From contig DUQW01000017.1 of assembly GCA_012837585.1 (NCBI GenBank), forward strand, positions 1 to 59,041: 59,041 bases of DNA. Reading direction: 5' to 3'. Below, in pieces: positions 8,143-17,673 of this stretch; within the stretch, counting starts at the first letter, position 1, and every line of letters starts with the position of its first letter. The notes beneath the pieces are model-generated. The model saw only the letters and a list, made by a program, of their open reading frames with translations. It had not been told where the DNA came from and did not search any database. The stretch is from Acholeplasmataceae bacterium (lineage in GTDB: Bacteria; Bacillota_I; Bacilli_A; Acholeplasmatales; Acholeplasmataceae). Position numbers and translations under genes: made by a program.

Positions 8143-10581
8143 ATGAAAAGGTGGATCTATTTAGGTTTTTCAATACTGTTTATGATTGGAAGTCTAATTT
8201 TTTTCTTTGTTGAAATTGATATTACACTAGCGATTGAAGATACGTTAGCCTTTATATCGTTATTTGTTGGGTTTGCCTTGCTGGCAAGTTCAATCGTTAT
8301 CATTACGATTTATAGCAAACAACAACAAATCAACAACTTACAAAATAGATTAAAAGCTTGGACGCAACTTTCTTATCATGTAAGCCAAGTTGGGGATGAA
8401 TTATTTAACGAACTTCCAGTTGGAGTATTAGTATTTGGTGAAGATGAAGATGTTAAGTGGGCGAATAATTTCGCTGTTGGAGTATTTGGTCAATCATCAA
8501 TTGGTAAACATATGAGTGATATTTCTGAAGAGATACCAGCAAATATACACGAGGGAATTCACAATTTCACAATTACGGTCGGAAAAGAAAAATACGACAT
8601 CATCTACAATAAAGAATTAAACTCAGCATATTTCTTTAACGTTACTAAACGTGAAGAAATTATTGAGAAATATCATAACCGCATTCCAGCTGTTGGTTTA
8701 ATTTATTTAGATAACTTAGATGAAGCGTTAGCTGGTTTAGACGTTTCAGAACAATCAACTATCAAAGGTGAATACTTAGGAATTATTGCTGACTGGGTTA
8801 GCGAATATGATGGTTTTTTAAAAACATTTAGTGATGAAAGATTAGTAATGAATGTTTATCGTGAAAACTTAGATCGAATGATTCAAGATAATTTCACGAT
8901 TTTAGAAAAGATTAGAGACGTATCACAGTTACATAACGTTAAAGTTACCGTATCTATTGGTATTGCTAGCTGGGATGTTGAATATGAATTAATTGGAAGT
9001 TACGCGCAAAGTGCAGTTGAACTTGCAGAAAGACGTGGGGGCGACCAAGTAGTAGTTAATATTCAACACCAAAAGATTGCTTATTTTGGTGCTAAGCAAG
9101 ACGCTTCAGCAACACACTCTAAAGTTAACACTAGAGTTAACGCTCAAACGTTAAAAGAGCTAGTTGATAAAGCATCAAACGTATTGATTATGTCGCATAT
9201 CCAAACTGATACTGATGCTTTTGGATCGATGATTGCGATGCTACAGATGATTCGTTCGCATGCACTAGATAAAGCGAAAATTGTTTTTGATATTGACCGT
9301 GTTGACGCAACAGTTAATAAAGTTAGTCAAATTTTAACATCTGAGGAACCTGACTTATATGAATACTTAGTAACGAGCCAAGAAGCGGCAAGAATGATGA
9401 ATGATAATACGCTAGTAATTATTTTGGATACGCAATCACCAAAGATTGTTTCAAGTCCTGAAGTTTATGAAAAAGCGAAAAATATCGCGGTTATCGACCA
9501 TCATAGAAGTAGCGCTGATGCTCCATTTGATGCGGTATTCTCATATGTTGAATCATACGCGTCATCAACGATTGAGTTATTAGTTGAGTTAATACCATTT
9601 TATAGTAGAGATGTTTTAATTACACCACTTGAAGCATCAGTAATGTATGCGGGATTAGTAGTTGATACAAATAACTTTTTAAATAGAATCGGAACAAGAA
9701 CTTTTGAAGTGGCATCTACTTTAAGAGAATATGGTGCTGATCCTAGCGAAGTTAATTTGTGGTTAAGAAAAGATAAGAAACGATTAATGGAAATCAATAA
9801 AATAATTGGTAAAGTTGAAGTTTTCTTAGATAGATTTGCATTCTCGGTGTGTGATGAAATATATAGTGATCGTGTGTTACTTGCTCAAGTAGCAGACGAG
9901 ATGTTACAAATAGACGGAATTGACGCCGCATTTACAATTACTTACTTAGATAAAGAAACTGTAGGTGTTAGTGCTAGATCAATTCAACACGTTAACGTAC
10001 AAGTGTTAATGGAAGAAATTGGTGGGGGCGGTCACTTAACAGGTGCAGCTGCTCAAATTAAGGGAACAAGTGTTCATGAAGTTTATTTAAACATAAAACA
10101 CTTGCTAGATTTAGAATATGGAGGAGACGGTGAAGAAATGGAAATTATTTTATTAGAAGATGTTAAAAATAGAGGAAAAGCAGACGAAGTTATTACAGTA
10201 GCTTCTGGTTATGGTAACTATTTAATTAAAAACAAGAAAGCAGTTATCGCTAATGAGGAAAACTTAGCAAAACTTAACCAAAAACTTGAAGACCAAATGA
10301 AACGCGAACAACAACATTTAGAAGTAATGAAACAACTTAAGAAAGAAATCGATTCTAAATCAGTTACAGTAAGTGTTCAAATTGGACATGACGGTAAAAT
10401 GTTTGGTGCTGTTACAACTAAACAAATTGTAGAAGCATTTGAACTTCAAAACCAAATCGTTTTAGATCGCAAGAAAGTTCAATTAGTTGGAGAAGTCAAC
10501 TCAGTTGGTATTTATACTGCAACTGTAAATTTATATAAAGATATAGAAGCATCATTTGATGTGCACGTAGTAGAGAAGTAG
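8143..10581 (+). CDS. gdpP: GdpP-type membrane c-di-AMP phosphodiesterase (2 TM, PAS-like, degenerate GGDEF, DHH/DHHA1) continuous in frame with ribosomal protein L9
   Basis: Single 812-aa ORF. Two N-terminal TM helices, RRGGDQVVV (GGDEF-like), DHH motifs (HIQTDTDAFGS, DHHRS) and DHHA1 GGGGH. There is no stop before the L9 sequence beginning at 10138. Confidence 0.85.
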   Translation: MKRWIYLGFSILFMIGSLIFFFVEIDITLAIEDTLAFISLFVGFALLASSIVIITIYSKQQQINNLQNRLKAWTQLSYHVSQVGDELFNELPVGVLVFGEDEDVKWANNFAVGVFGQSSIGKHMSDISEEIPANIHEGIHNFTITVGKEKYDIIYNKELNSAYFFNVTKREEIIEKYHNRIPAVGLIYLDNLDEALAGLDVSEQSTIKGEYLGIIADWVSEYDGFLKTFSDERLVMNVYRENLDRMIQDNFTILEKIRDVSQLHNVKVTVSIGIASWDVEYELIGSYAQSAVELAERRGGDQVVVNIQHQKIAYFGAKQDASATHSKVNTRVNAQTLKELVDKASNVLIMSHIQTDTDAFGSMIAMLQMIRSHALDKAKIVFDIDRVDATVNKVSQILTSEEPDLYEYLVTSQEAARMMNDNTLVIILDTQSPKIVSSPEVYEKAKNIAVIDHHRSSADAPFDAVFSYVESYASSTIELLVELIPFYSRDVLITPLEASVMYAGLVVDTNNFLNRIGTRTFEVASTLREYGADPSEVNLWLRKDKKRLMEINKIIGKVEVFLDRFAFSVCDEIYSDRVLLAQVADEMLQIDGIDAAFTITYLDKETVGVSARSIQHVNVQVLMEEIGGGGHLTGAAAQIKGTSVHEVYLNIKHLLDLEYGGDGEEMEIILLEDVKNRGKADEVITVASGYGNYLIKNKKAVIANEENLAKLNQKLEDQMKREQQHLEVMKQLKKEIDSKSVTVSVQIGHDGKMFGAVTTKQIVEAFELQNQIVLDRKKVQLVGEVNSVGIYTATVNLYKDIEASFDVHVVEK
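10138..10581 (+). CDS. rplI: 50S ribosomal protein L9 module (internal SD + ATG inside the gdpP ORF)
   Basis: MEIILLEDVKNRGKADEVITVASGYGNYLIKNKKAV... (147 aa) is a full-length L9. GGAGGAG at 10120-10126 lies 11 nt upstream of ATG 10138. Confidence 0.85.
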   Translation: MEIILLEDVKNRGKADEVITVASGYGNYLIKNKKAVIANEENLAKLNQKLEDQMKREQQHLEVMKQLKKEIDSKSVTVSVQIGHDGKMFGAVTTKQIVEAFELQNQIVLDRKKVQLVGEVNSVGIYTATVNLYKDIEASFDVHVVEK

Positions 10582-10589
10582 GTGATATT

Positions 10590-11936
10590 GTGCAACGTCA
10601 ATTACCAAGTGCTGACTTAGCCGAAACCAACTTACTAGCTTCAATCTTTGTTGAGCCTAGTTTAATAGTTACGGCAGCAGATATGTTACAAGCAGATGAC
10701 TTTTTTAGTAAAAACAACGCAATCGTTTTTACAGCAATGAAGTCTCTTTACGAACGCGAAAAAGAAATTGATTATGTATCAGTTGGTGAATTTTTTCAAG
10801 AAAATCCATCACTAGGAACAATTTCATTAGACTACTTAAAGTTCCTATCAGAACTAACACCATCTGCTGATGGTTTCGAAACTTATTTAGAAATTATTTT
10901 AGATGCTTCTTTAAAGAGAAGAATTATTAAAGTATCAAGTGAAATTGTTGAATCAGGATACCGCCAAAATCAAACAGCAGAAGAGTATTTAGAAGCAGTT
11001 GAACGCCAAGTCTACGAACTATCGACAAGCCGTAAAACAAGCGATTTTGAGCATGTTGGGGTTGTCGCTAATCAATATTATGCAAAACTTGAAAAAGTTG
11101 GGAAATTAGGTCAAAAAGTAACTGGATTAAATACTGGTTTTTCATCTCTTAATGATGTTACTACTGGATTTCAACCAGAGGAATTAATTATCATTGCCGC
11201 AAGACCGGGAATGGGGAAATCTGCATTTGCGATTAACCTTGCGTTAAACGTAGCAAGACCAAGTTCTAAAGGTGAAACTAAACATGTTGCACTGTTTAGT
11301 TTAGAGATGAGTAATGAACAAATTGTTGGTAGAATGTTATCTAACTTATCAGGTATTGATAATATGAAATTAAGAAAAGCGACCTTACGCCCTGAGGAGT
11401 GGAAAGAGCTTGGAGCTACTATTAATATGCTTCAAGATTACGGTATTCATTTTAACGACTCAGTTGCTTCTAAAGTTGGTGAATTAAGAGCTAAGTGTAG
11501 AAGATATAAAAATGAAGGAAAACTCGATTTAATCATTATTGACTATTTACAATTACTATCACCAAGTTCAGCAAGACATTCTAACAGACAAGAAGTTGTA
11601 TCAGAAATTTCAAGAAGTTTAAAACAATTAGCTAAAGAATTAAAAGTTCCGATTATTGCTTTGTCGCAACTTTCAAGAAGTGTTGAACAAAGAAAAGGTG
11701 ACGATCGCAAACCAGTACTTTCTGACTTAAGAGAATCTGGAAGTATTGAGCAAGACGCAGACATTGTAATTTTCTTACACAGTGATGATTATTATATTAA
11801 AGACGGTAGTGAACCTACTGGTTTAATTGACGTAATCATTGCTAAAAACCGTCAAGGTATGTCTGGCGTTGAATTAAAATTTAGATTTGCTAGACAACAA
11901 TCTAGATTTTATCAAATTGAACAAAGAGAAAATTAA
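10590..11936 (+). CDS. dnaB: replicative DNA helicase (DnaB family; DnaC in Bacillus nomenclature)
   Basis: 448 aa. GTG start with SD aggtga. Walker A GMGKSAF and IIDYLQL, QLSR, ESGSIEQDAD motifs. Confidence 0.95.
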   Translation: MQRQLPSADLAETNLLASIFVEPSLIVTAADMLQADDFFSKNNAIVFTAMKSLYEREKEIDYVSVGEFFQENPSLGTISLDYLKFLSELTPSADGFETYLEIILDASLKRRIIKVSSEIVESGYRQNQTAEEYLEAVERQVYELSTSRKTSDFEHVGVVANQYYAKLEKVGKLGQKVTGLNTGFSSLNDVTTGFQPEELIIIAARPGMGKSAFAINLALNVARPSSKGETKHVALFSLEMSNEQIVGRMLSNLSGIDNMKLRKATLRPEEWKELGATINMLQDYGIHFNDSVASKVGELRAKCRRYKNEGKLDLIIIDYLQLLSPSSARHSNRQEVVSEISRSLKQLAKELKVPIIALSQLSRSVEQRKGDDRKPVLSDLRESGSIEQDADIVIFLHSDDYYIKDGSEPTGLIDVIIAKNRQGMSGVELKFRFARQQSRFYQIEQREN

Positions 11937-11945
11937 CATAAAAAA

Positions 11946-11974
11946 GGCTTTGAATTACGCTCAAAGTCTTTTTT
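11946..11974 (+). terminator. rho-independent terminator after dnaB
   Basis: ggctttga / attacgc / tcaaagtc (8 bp, one G-U) followed by T6. Confidence 0.7.
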
Positions 11975-12098
11975 ATACAAAAATAATAGAAATAAATTTT
12001 TATCTTATAGATAAACTTTAATTTTTTGGTAATGGTTTTCTAATTTTAATCATTTGTAAATGATTATAATATATGATAAAATTATACAAGGTGAGAAA

Positions 12099-13160
12099 AT
12101 GCTCGATCGATTAAAGTTAATTGAATCCACTTATGAAAAACTCCAACAAAAACTTATTGATGAAATTTCAGATGTTGCTGAAATGACAAAAACCCTAAAG
12201 GAGATTTCGCAAATTCAAGAAACGGTAGAAACCTACCGTCTTTTTAAACGTAATCGCGAAGAATTAGATGATTTAATTGCTCTTTTGGAAATTGAAAAAG
12301 ATAAAGATTTAATCGAAATGGCTGAAGTTGAAGTTGTTGAAAAAGAAGAAACTTTAAACAAACTTATGGAAAAACTAAGAATTCTACTTTTACCAAAAGA
12401 TCCAAATGATGATAAAAACATCATCATGGAAATTAAAGGAGCAGCAGGGGGAGATGAAGGTAATATTTTTGCCGGAGATTTATTTAGAATGTATCATCGT
12501 TATGCTGATTCAATGGGATGGAAAGTAGAAGTTTTAAACGCTTATGATGGTGTTATGGGCGGTTTTACTTCAATTGAGTTTATGATTTCAGGAAATAAAG
12601 TTTATTCATTTTTAAAACATGAAGCAGGCGTACACCGCGTTCAAAGAGTTCCTGAAACAGAATCACAAGGAAGAATTCATACTTCAACTGCGACCGTATT
12701 AGTAATGCCAGAGGCTGAAGAAGTTGACATTAATGTTGATTGGAATGATATCAAAGTTGATACATATAACTCAAGTGGACCTGGTGGACAATCAGTTAAT
12801 ACTACTAAATCAGCAGTAAGGTTAACTCACTTACCAACTAACACGGTGGTAACGTGTCAAGATGGTAAGAGTCAACATGAAAATAAAGATAAAGCATTTA
12901 TTATTTTAAAAGCACGCTTATATCAAAAAGTTTTAGATGAACAAGCAGCTAAAGATGAAAAATTAAGAAAAAGTTTAATTGGTACTGGTGATCGCAGTGA
13001 AAAAATTAGAACGTATAACTATCCGCAAAATCGCGTCAGTGATCACCGAATTCAATTAACTGTTCAAAGATTAGATGCCATTATGGAAGGTAGATTAGAT
13101 TTGATATTAGAACCGTTAATTAACGAATATCAAAAACAATTATTAATGAGTGAACAATGA
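12099..13160 (+). CDS. prfA: peptide chain release factor 1
   Basis: Start moved to ATG 12099 (SD aggtgag), because the upstream 13 codons of the track ORF are AT-rich leader. PET-like tripeptide region, GGQ motif (SGPGGQSVNTT). Confidence 0.93.
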   Translation: MLDRLKLIESTYEKLQQKLIDEISDVAEMTKTLKEISQIQETVETYRLFKRNREELDDLIALLEIEKDKDLIEMAEVEVVEKEETLNKLMEKLRILLLPKDPNDDKNIIMEIKGAAGGDEGNIFAGDLFRMYHRYADSMGWKVEVLNAYDGVMGGFTSIEFMISGNKVYSFLKHEAGVHRVQRVPETESQGRIHTSTATVLVMPEAEEVDINVDWNDIKVDTYNSSGPGGQSVNTTKSAVRLTHLPTNTVVTCQDGKSQHENKDKAFIILKARLYQKVLDEQAAKDEKLRKSLIGTGDRSEKIRTYNYPQNRVSDHRIQLTVQRLDAIMEGRLDLILEPLINEYQKQLLMSEQ

Positions 13161-13999
13161 TAATTAGAGAATTACTCCAACTGGGGTACGAAAAAACTCA
13201 AGAATTCAATAAAGAACCAACAGCGGCTAAGTTGTTACTTTCTGGTTTGTTAGAAATGTCATATAGTGACATTTTTATTAATTATGATAAAGAAATAACT
13301 GATGAAAAAGCTGAAGATTATTTAGAACTTCTAGATTTTCACGTTTTAGAAAACGTCCCAATTCAATACCTTATTGGATCAACTAATTTTTATGGTAGAA
13401 GATTTACAGTTGATGAACGTGTTTTAATCCCAAGACCAGAAACTGAATACTTAGTTGATAAGGTAGTTAAAAAATTACCAAACGATTTAAAGGTATTAGA
13501 AATCGGTACTGGTAGTGGTTGTATTGGGGTTACATTAAATTTAGAAAAAAAATACGAAGTTGATGCAACTGACATCTGCGAAGATGCATTAGCGGTTGCT
13601 GAATCAAATATGAAAATGAATGAAGCTAATATCAATTTAATTAAATCGGATTTATATGAAAATATCACTGAGAAATACGATTTAATTATCTCAAATCCAC
13701 CGTACGTATCAGAAACTGATGAAGTGGCTGAAAGTGTATATTTCGAACCAGAAATCGCGTTATATAGTGATTATTACGGAACACTTCATATAAGTGTTAT
13801 TATCTTAGGGGCAACTAAACATCTTAATCAAGACGGCATGATAATTTTAGAACACGGCTATAAACATGGTTTATTTATTAAGAGATTAGTTAGTAATTTT
13901 TTACCTGAATATCGTGTGTTTACCTTAAAAGATTTACAAGGGAAAGATCGTTATTCAGTTATTAGAAAAAGGGGATCAGTATGGAAAAAGGACAAGTAA
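13157..13999 (+). CDS. prmC: release-factor glutamine N5-methyltransferase
   Basis: 280 aa. SAM-binding LEIGTGSG and catalytic NPPY. ATGA overlap with prfA. Confidence 0.92.
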   Translation: MIIRELLQLGYEKTQEFNKEPTAAKLLLSGLLEMSYSDIFINYDKEITDEKAEDYLELLDFHVLENVPIQYLIGSTNFYGRRFTVDERVLIPRPETEYLVDKVVKKLPNDLKVLEIGTGSGCIGVTLNLEKKYEVDATDICEDALAVAESNMKMNEANINLIKSDLYENITEKYDLIISNPPYVSETDEVAESVYFEPEIALYSDYYGTLHISVIILGATKHLNQDGMIILEHGYKHGLFIKRLVSNFLPEYRVFTLKDLQGKDRYSVIRKRGSVWKKDK

Positions 14000-14538
14000 T
14001 CATATTCCCAACCGATACAATCTATGGTATGGGATGCCAACTATATGATAAAGTAGCACTAGAAAGAATTTATCAAATTAAAAAAAGAAGTCATTCAAAA
14101 GACATTCCTATTTTAGTTTCAAGTATTGTAGAAATTAACGTTATTGCCAAGTATGACTCAAAAGCACTAAGAGTTATGCAAAATTTTTGGCCTGGACCAC
14201 TAACATTAATTTTAGAATCAACACATGATTTTTACGAAAAAACTGGCGATAAAACTATCGCAATTCGTATTCCTGATCATTATGTCGCGATTGAATTAAT
14301 TAATCGTTTTGGACCACTTAGAACAACTTCAGTTAATATTAGTGGGGAACAACCACTAAATAGCATTGAAGAAATTAGAAAACAATACGGTAAAGTTGTT
14401 GACCACATTTACGGGGAACATGTGGGCGATTATATTGGTATTGCCTCAACTATCGTTGATATTTCCAACGGTTCAATTAAATTAGTTAGACAAGGTGCAA
14501 TTCCATTTGAGGATATTTTAGCTGTTTATAATAAGTAA
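13981..14538 (+). CDS. tsaC: L-threonylcarbamoyladenylate synthase (YrdC/Sua5-domain, TsaC/YwlC type)
   Basis: 185 aa. FPTDTIYGMGC, SVNISGE motifs. Confidence 0.88.
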   Translation: MEKGQVIIFPTDTIYGMGCQLYDKVALERIYQIKKRSHSKDIPILVSSIVEINVIAKYDSKALRVMQNFWPGPLTLILESTHDFYEKTGDKTIAIRIPDHYVAIELINRFGPLRTTSVNISGEQPLNSIEEIRKQYGKVVDHIYGEHVGDYIGIASTIVDISNGSIKLVRQGAIPFEDILAVYNK

Positions 14539-14562
14539 TCTACTTCCAAGTAGATTATTTTT
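14538..14562 (+). terminator. probable terminator after tsaC
   Basis: atctact / tcca / agtagat (7-bp stem) followed by tattttt. The T run is interrupted. Confidence 0.55.
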
Positions 14563-14593
14563 ATATTAAAATAAATACAATAGAGGTGTAATT

Positions 14594-15034
14594 ATGAAAG
14601 TTGTTATTGCAAATGATCACGGCGGTTTTGAATTAAAACGTCATCTACTAAGTTATTTTAAAGAAAAAGGCATTGAAGTAGTTAATTTAGGGACAGATTC
14701 TAATGCTTCAGTTGATTACCCTATTTATGGAGAAAAATTAGCTAGAGAAGTTTTAAAAGGTGGCTACGATTTTGGGATTGCAATTTGCGGAACTGGAATC
14801 GGAATTAGTATTGCAGCAAATAAATTCCAAGGGATTAGAGCTGCCTTAATTTATGATGAAAATACAGCGATGCTAGCTAAGGAACATAATAACGCTAACG
14901 TTATTGCTTTAGGGGGAAGAACATTAACAAACAAACGTGCAGAAGAATTAATTGAAGCGTATATGAATTCTAAATTTGAAGCACGTCACCAACATAGATT
15001 AGATTTATTAGGAAAATTGGGGGAAAAAACGTGA
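14594..15034 (+). CDS. rpiB: ribose-5-phosphate isomerase B
   Basis: 146 aa. [11 protein letters not shown] and [14 protein letters not shown] motifs. Confidence 0.93.
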   Translation: MKVVIANDHGGFELKRHLLSYFKEKGIEVVNLGTDSNASVDYPIYGEKLAREVLKGGYDFGIAICGTGIGISIAANKFQGIRAALIYDENTAMLAKEHNNANVIALGGRTLTNKRAEELIEAYMNSKFEARHQHRLDLLGKLGEKT

Positions 15035-15657
15035 AAAAATTAGTTGTGATGAGTCATCCTCTAATTGACCATAAAATGGCCAAAATTAGAGACAAAAACA
15101 CACATCCGAAAGAATTCAGAGAAAGTGTTTCGGAAATTGGAGCTCTATTAACTTATGAAGTAACTAGAGATTTAGAAACAGAAGATGTTGTAGTAGAAAC
15201 ACCACTTGCTAAAGCAAACTGCAAAGTTCTATCAAAATCAGTTGTATTGGTTCCTATTTTAAGAGCGGGACTAGGAATGGTTGATGGAATTCATAATTTA
15301 ATTCCAACGGCTAAAATTGGGCATGTTGGGTTATATCGCGATGAAACTACATTAGAACCACATATTTACTATGCGAAATTTCCAGAAAACGTTAAAGAAA
15401 GCTTGGTAATAGTTTTAGATCCAATGTTAGCGACAGGTGGTACAGTTAGTAAAACTATTGACATTCTAAAAGAACGCGGCGTTAAAAAGATTAAATATGT
15501 CGGTATTGTCGGTTGTCCAGAAGGAGTAGCAAGACTTCAAAAAGATCATCCAGATGTACCAATTTACCTAGCAGCGCTAGATTCACATCTAAATGCGAAC
15601 GGATATATCTATCCTGGTTTAGGCGACTGCGGCGACCGTTTATTCGGAACCAAATAA
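15031..15657 (+). CDS. upp: uracil phosphoribosyltransferase
   Basis: 208 aa. GTGA overlap start. [11 protein letters not shown] and PRPP motif [11 protein letters not shown]. Confidence 0.95.
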   Translation: MKKLVVMSHPLIDHKMAKIRDKNTHPKEFRESVSEIGALLTYEVTRDLETEDVVVETPLAKANCKVLSKSVVLVPILRAGLGMVDGIHNLIPTAKIGHVGLYRDETTLEPHIYYAKFPENVKESLVIVLDPMLATGGTVSKTIDILKERGVKKIKYVGIVGCPEGVARLQKDHPDVPIYLAALDSHLNANGYIYPGLGDCGDRLFGTK

Positions 15658-15661
15658 AAAA

Positions 15662-15871
15662 ATGCCACAATTAGCATCATATTTTGGCGGATTTATAATC
15701 GGCATCTTTTTAACGTTTATTATTTTACGGGCAACTAATTTTGAAAAACTATTCCATCAAGGAAAAGTATTTGAAATTAGAGTAGCCTATGTTTTAGTAA
15801 GTTTACTCGGCGGTCATTTGCTTGGTAGAATTATATATTTTATTGTCAATTTACTGGCAACCACTAACTAA
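15662..15871 (+). CDS. small hypothetical membrane protein (2 predicted TM helices)
   Basis: 69-aa ORF 4 nt after upp with no clear SD. Two hydrophobic helices. Followed by a strong hairpin terminator. Confidence 0.45.
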   Translation: MPQLASYFGGFIIGIFLTFIILRATNFEKLFHQGKVFEIRVAYVLVSLLGGHLLGRIIYFIVNLLATTN

Positions 15872-15872
15872 A

Positions 15873-16469
15873 TTATATATCAATAGCTAGAAGAATTTCT
15901 TCTAGCTTTTTTATTTTCGAAAAATGGTGTTTGATAGATTCAAAATCATTTTCTTTTTTTACAGCGATTGTAAAAGAAACATTAGATTCATAAACTCTAT
16001 CTAAAATTAGATAATCTTTTAACAAATATTCAACATCATTAATTTGATCATATCTAAAGCGAATTTCATATTTTTGAGCTTTGATATTTTCATAGTACTG
16101 ACCTAACTTTAATGCTTCAGCAGCTCCGCCAGAATATGCCCTAACTAAGCCACCGGCACCAAGTTTAATCCCACCGTAATATCTAATAACGACCGCTAAA
16201 ACATTAGTAACTTCGTTATGTTTTAAAACCTCTAAAATAGGAACGCCCGCAGTACCTGCTGGTTCCCCGTCATCATTAGAACCTCCAAATTGTCCTTCAC
16301 TACCTAAAAGATAGGCGTAACAGTAATGAGTCGCCTTTGGATATTCCTTTCTTATGTCGTTTAAAATTCCTGAAATTTCAGTTTCATCTTCAATTGGAAT
16401 AACAACAGTAATAAATCTTGATTTTCTAATTATCACTTCATCAGTGATTCTCTCTTTTAAATATTTCAT
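15873..16469 (-). CDS. yigZ: YigZ/IMPACT-family protein (UPF0029)
   Basis: 198 aa. KSRFI, ATHYCYAY and DDGEPAGTAG motifs typical of YigZ. Confidence 0.88.
   Translation of the reverse strand: MKYLKERITDEVIIRKSRFITVVIPIEDETEISGILNDIRKEYPKATHYCYAYLLGSEGQFGGSNDDGEPAGTAGVPILEVLKHNEVTNVLAVVIRYYGGIKLGAGGLVRAYSGGAAEALKLGQYYENIKAQKYEIRFRYDQINDVEYLLKDYLILDRVYESNVSFTIAVKKENDFESIKHHFSKIKKLEEILLAIDI
15885..15912 (+). terminator. rho-independent terminator for the upp transcript, embedded in the 3' coding end of convergent yigZ
   Basis: agctagaaga / att / tcttctagct (10-bp stem) followed by T5. Confidence 0.75.
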
Positions 16470-16479
16470 ATCAATTAAG

Positions 16480-16508
16480 ATTATAACATATTTTAATTAT
16501 GTTATAAT
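16480..16508. promoter_or_regulatory. palindromic back-to-back extended -10 promoters (yigZ leftward, cca rightward)
   Basis: attataacata (16480-16490), 7-nt spacer, tatgttataat (16498-16508). This is a perfect 11-bp inverted repeat, and each arm reads TGTTATAAT on its own strand. Confidence 0.5.
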
Positions 16509-16524
16509 AAAGTTGGTGTTAGAG

Positions 16525-17673
16525 ATGAAAAATGCTTTACTTTTATTAAAAGAATTTGAAAAATTAGGTTATTTAGCATATATCGTTGGTGGATCGGTTC
16601 GCGATTATCTTTTAAAAAGCGAATCTTTTGATATCGATATTGCGACAAGCGCGACACCCGATGAAGTCATGAAGCATTTTAAATCATCCCCAATTGGGAT
16701 TAAATATGGAACAGTTTTAGTCTTTTTTAACGATGAAGAATTTGAAGTTACTACATTTAGAAAAGATTTAGAATACTTTGATAATAGACATCCTTATGGA
16801 GTTTTGTTTTCAAAAACGATTAAAGAAGATGTTGCAAGAAGAGATTTTACCATTAACGGAATGTATTTAGATAATGAGTTTAACGTAGTTGATTTAGTTG
16901 GTGGTAAAGACGATTTAGAAAAGCGATTAATTCGTTCGATAGGTAATCCGGATGAACGATTTCGTGAAGATGCACTTCGGATGTTAAGGGCATTTTATTT
17001 AGTATCAAAATTAGATTTTGAAATTGAAGAAGAAACGTTAAAATCAATTATAAGAAACAAAGAATTAATTAAAAATGTTTCGGCCGAAAGAATCTACCGT
17101 GAAATTTCAAAAATTATTAGTTATGATAATAGCTTAAAAGCGTTAGATTTGATGGTTCAAACCGGCATTTATTTATATCTTCCTGGTTTACATCAAGGAA
17201 TTAAATATATAGTTGATAATCATATTTTGCTATCTGGTGAATATTTTTTCGCGATGTGTTTTTATAAAAATTCAAAAGTTGATAAGTTTTGGAAACTTTC
17301 AAATAAAGAAAAACTAACATATCAAAAAGTAATTGAGTTTTTAAATCATAAAGGTGAAATTGATAACAATCTTTTATATCAATATGATTATGAAGATATC
17401 ATAATAGTCGCTAAATTAAATAATTATCTAAATGTCTTTGACATTAATGAATATGATATGATAAAAATGTATCATAAATTACCAATTAAACGAGATAGTG
17501 ATTTAGATATATCTAATAAAAAAATAATTAATATTATAGGTATAGAACCAGGACCATGGTTAAGTGATCTTAAAAAAGAGATTACTAATATGATATTAAG
17601 TGGTAAACTTTATAATAAAGAAGAAGATATTAAAGAGTTTATATTAAAAAGGAAAGATAAATATGAAAAATAA
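16525..17673 (+). CDS. cca: CCA-adding tRNA nucleotidyltransferase
   Basis: Start moved to ATG 16525, because the track ORF's first 57 codons run antisense through yigZ and the intergenic region. GGSVRDYLL and DIDIAT motifs. Confidence 0.9.
   Translation: MKNALLLLKEFEKLGYLAYIVGGSVRDYLLKSESFDIDIATSATPDEVMKHFKSSPIGIKYGTVLVFFNDEEFEVTTFRKDLEYFDNRHPYGVLFSKTIKEDVARRDFTINGMYLDNEFNVVDLVGGKDDLEKRLIRSIGNPDERFREDALRMLRAFYLVSKLDFEIEEETLKSIIRNKELIKNVSAERIYREISKIISYDNSLKALDLMVQTGIYLYLPGLHQGIKYIVDNHILLSGEYFFAMCFYKNSKVDKFWKLSNKEKLTYQKVIEFLNHKGEIDNNLLYQYDYEDIIIVAKLNNYLNVFDINEYDMIKMYHKLPIKRDSDLDISNKKIINIIGIEPGPWLSDLKKEITNMILSGKLYNKEEDIKEFILKRKDKYEK

Noticed and set aside
12060-12098. N-terminal extensions in the track ORFs: prfA from 12060, cca from 16354, mscL from 22878, SBP from 45407, pepT to 51627, tldD from 55335, the 58084 ORF, and the lipoprotein to 21486.
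   Set aside because: The upstream codons lack homology to the family N-termini, often start at TTG/GTG inside the SD or run through promoters, and a downstream ATG with a proper SD matches the conserved protein start.
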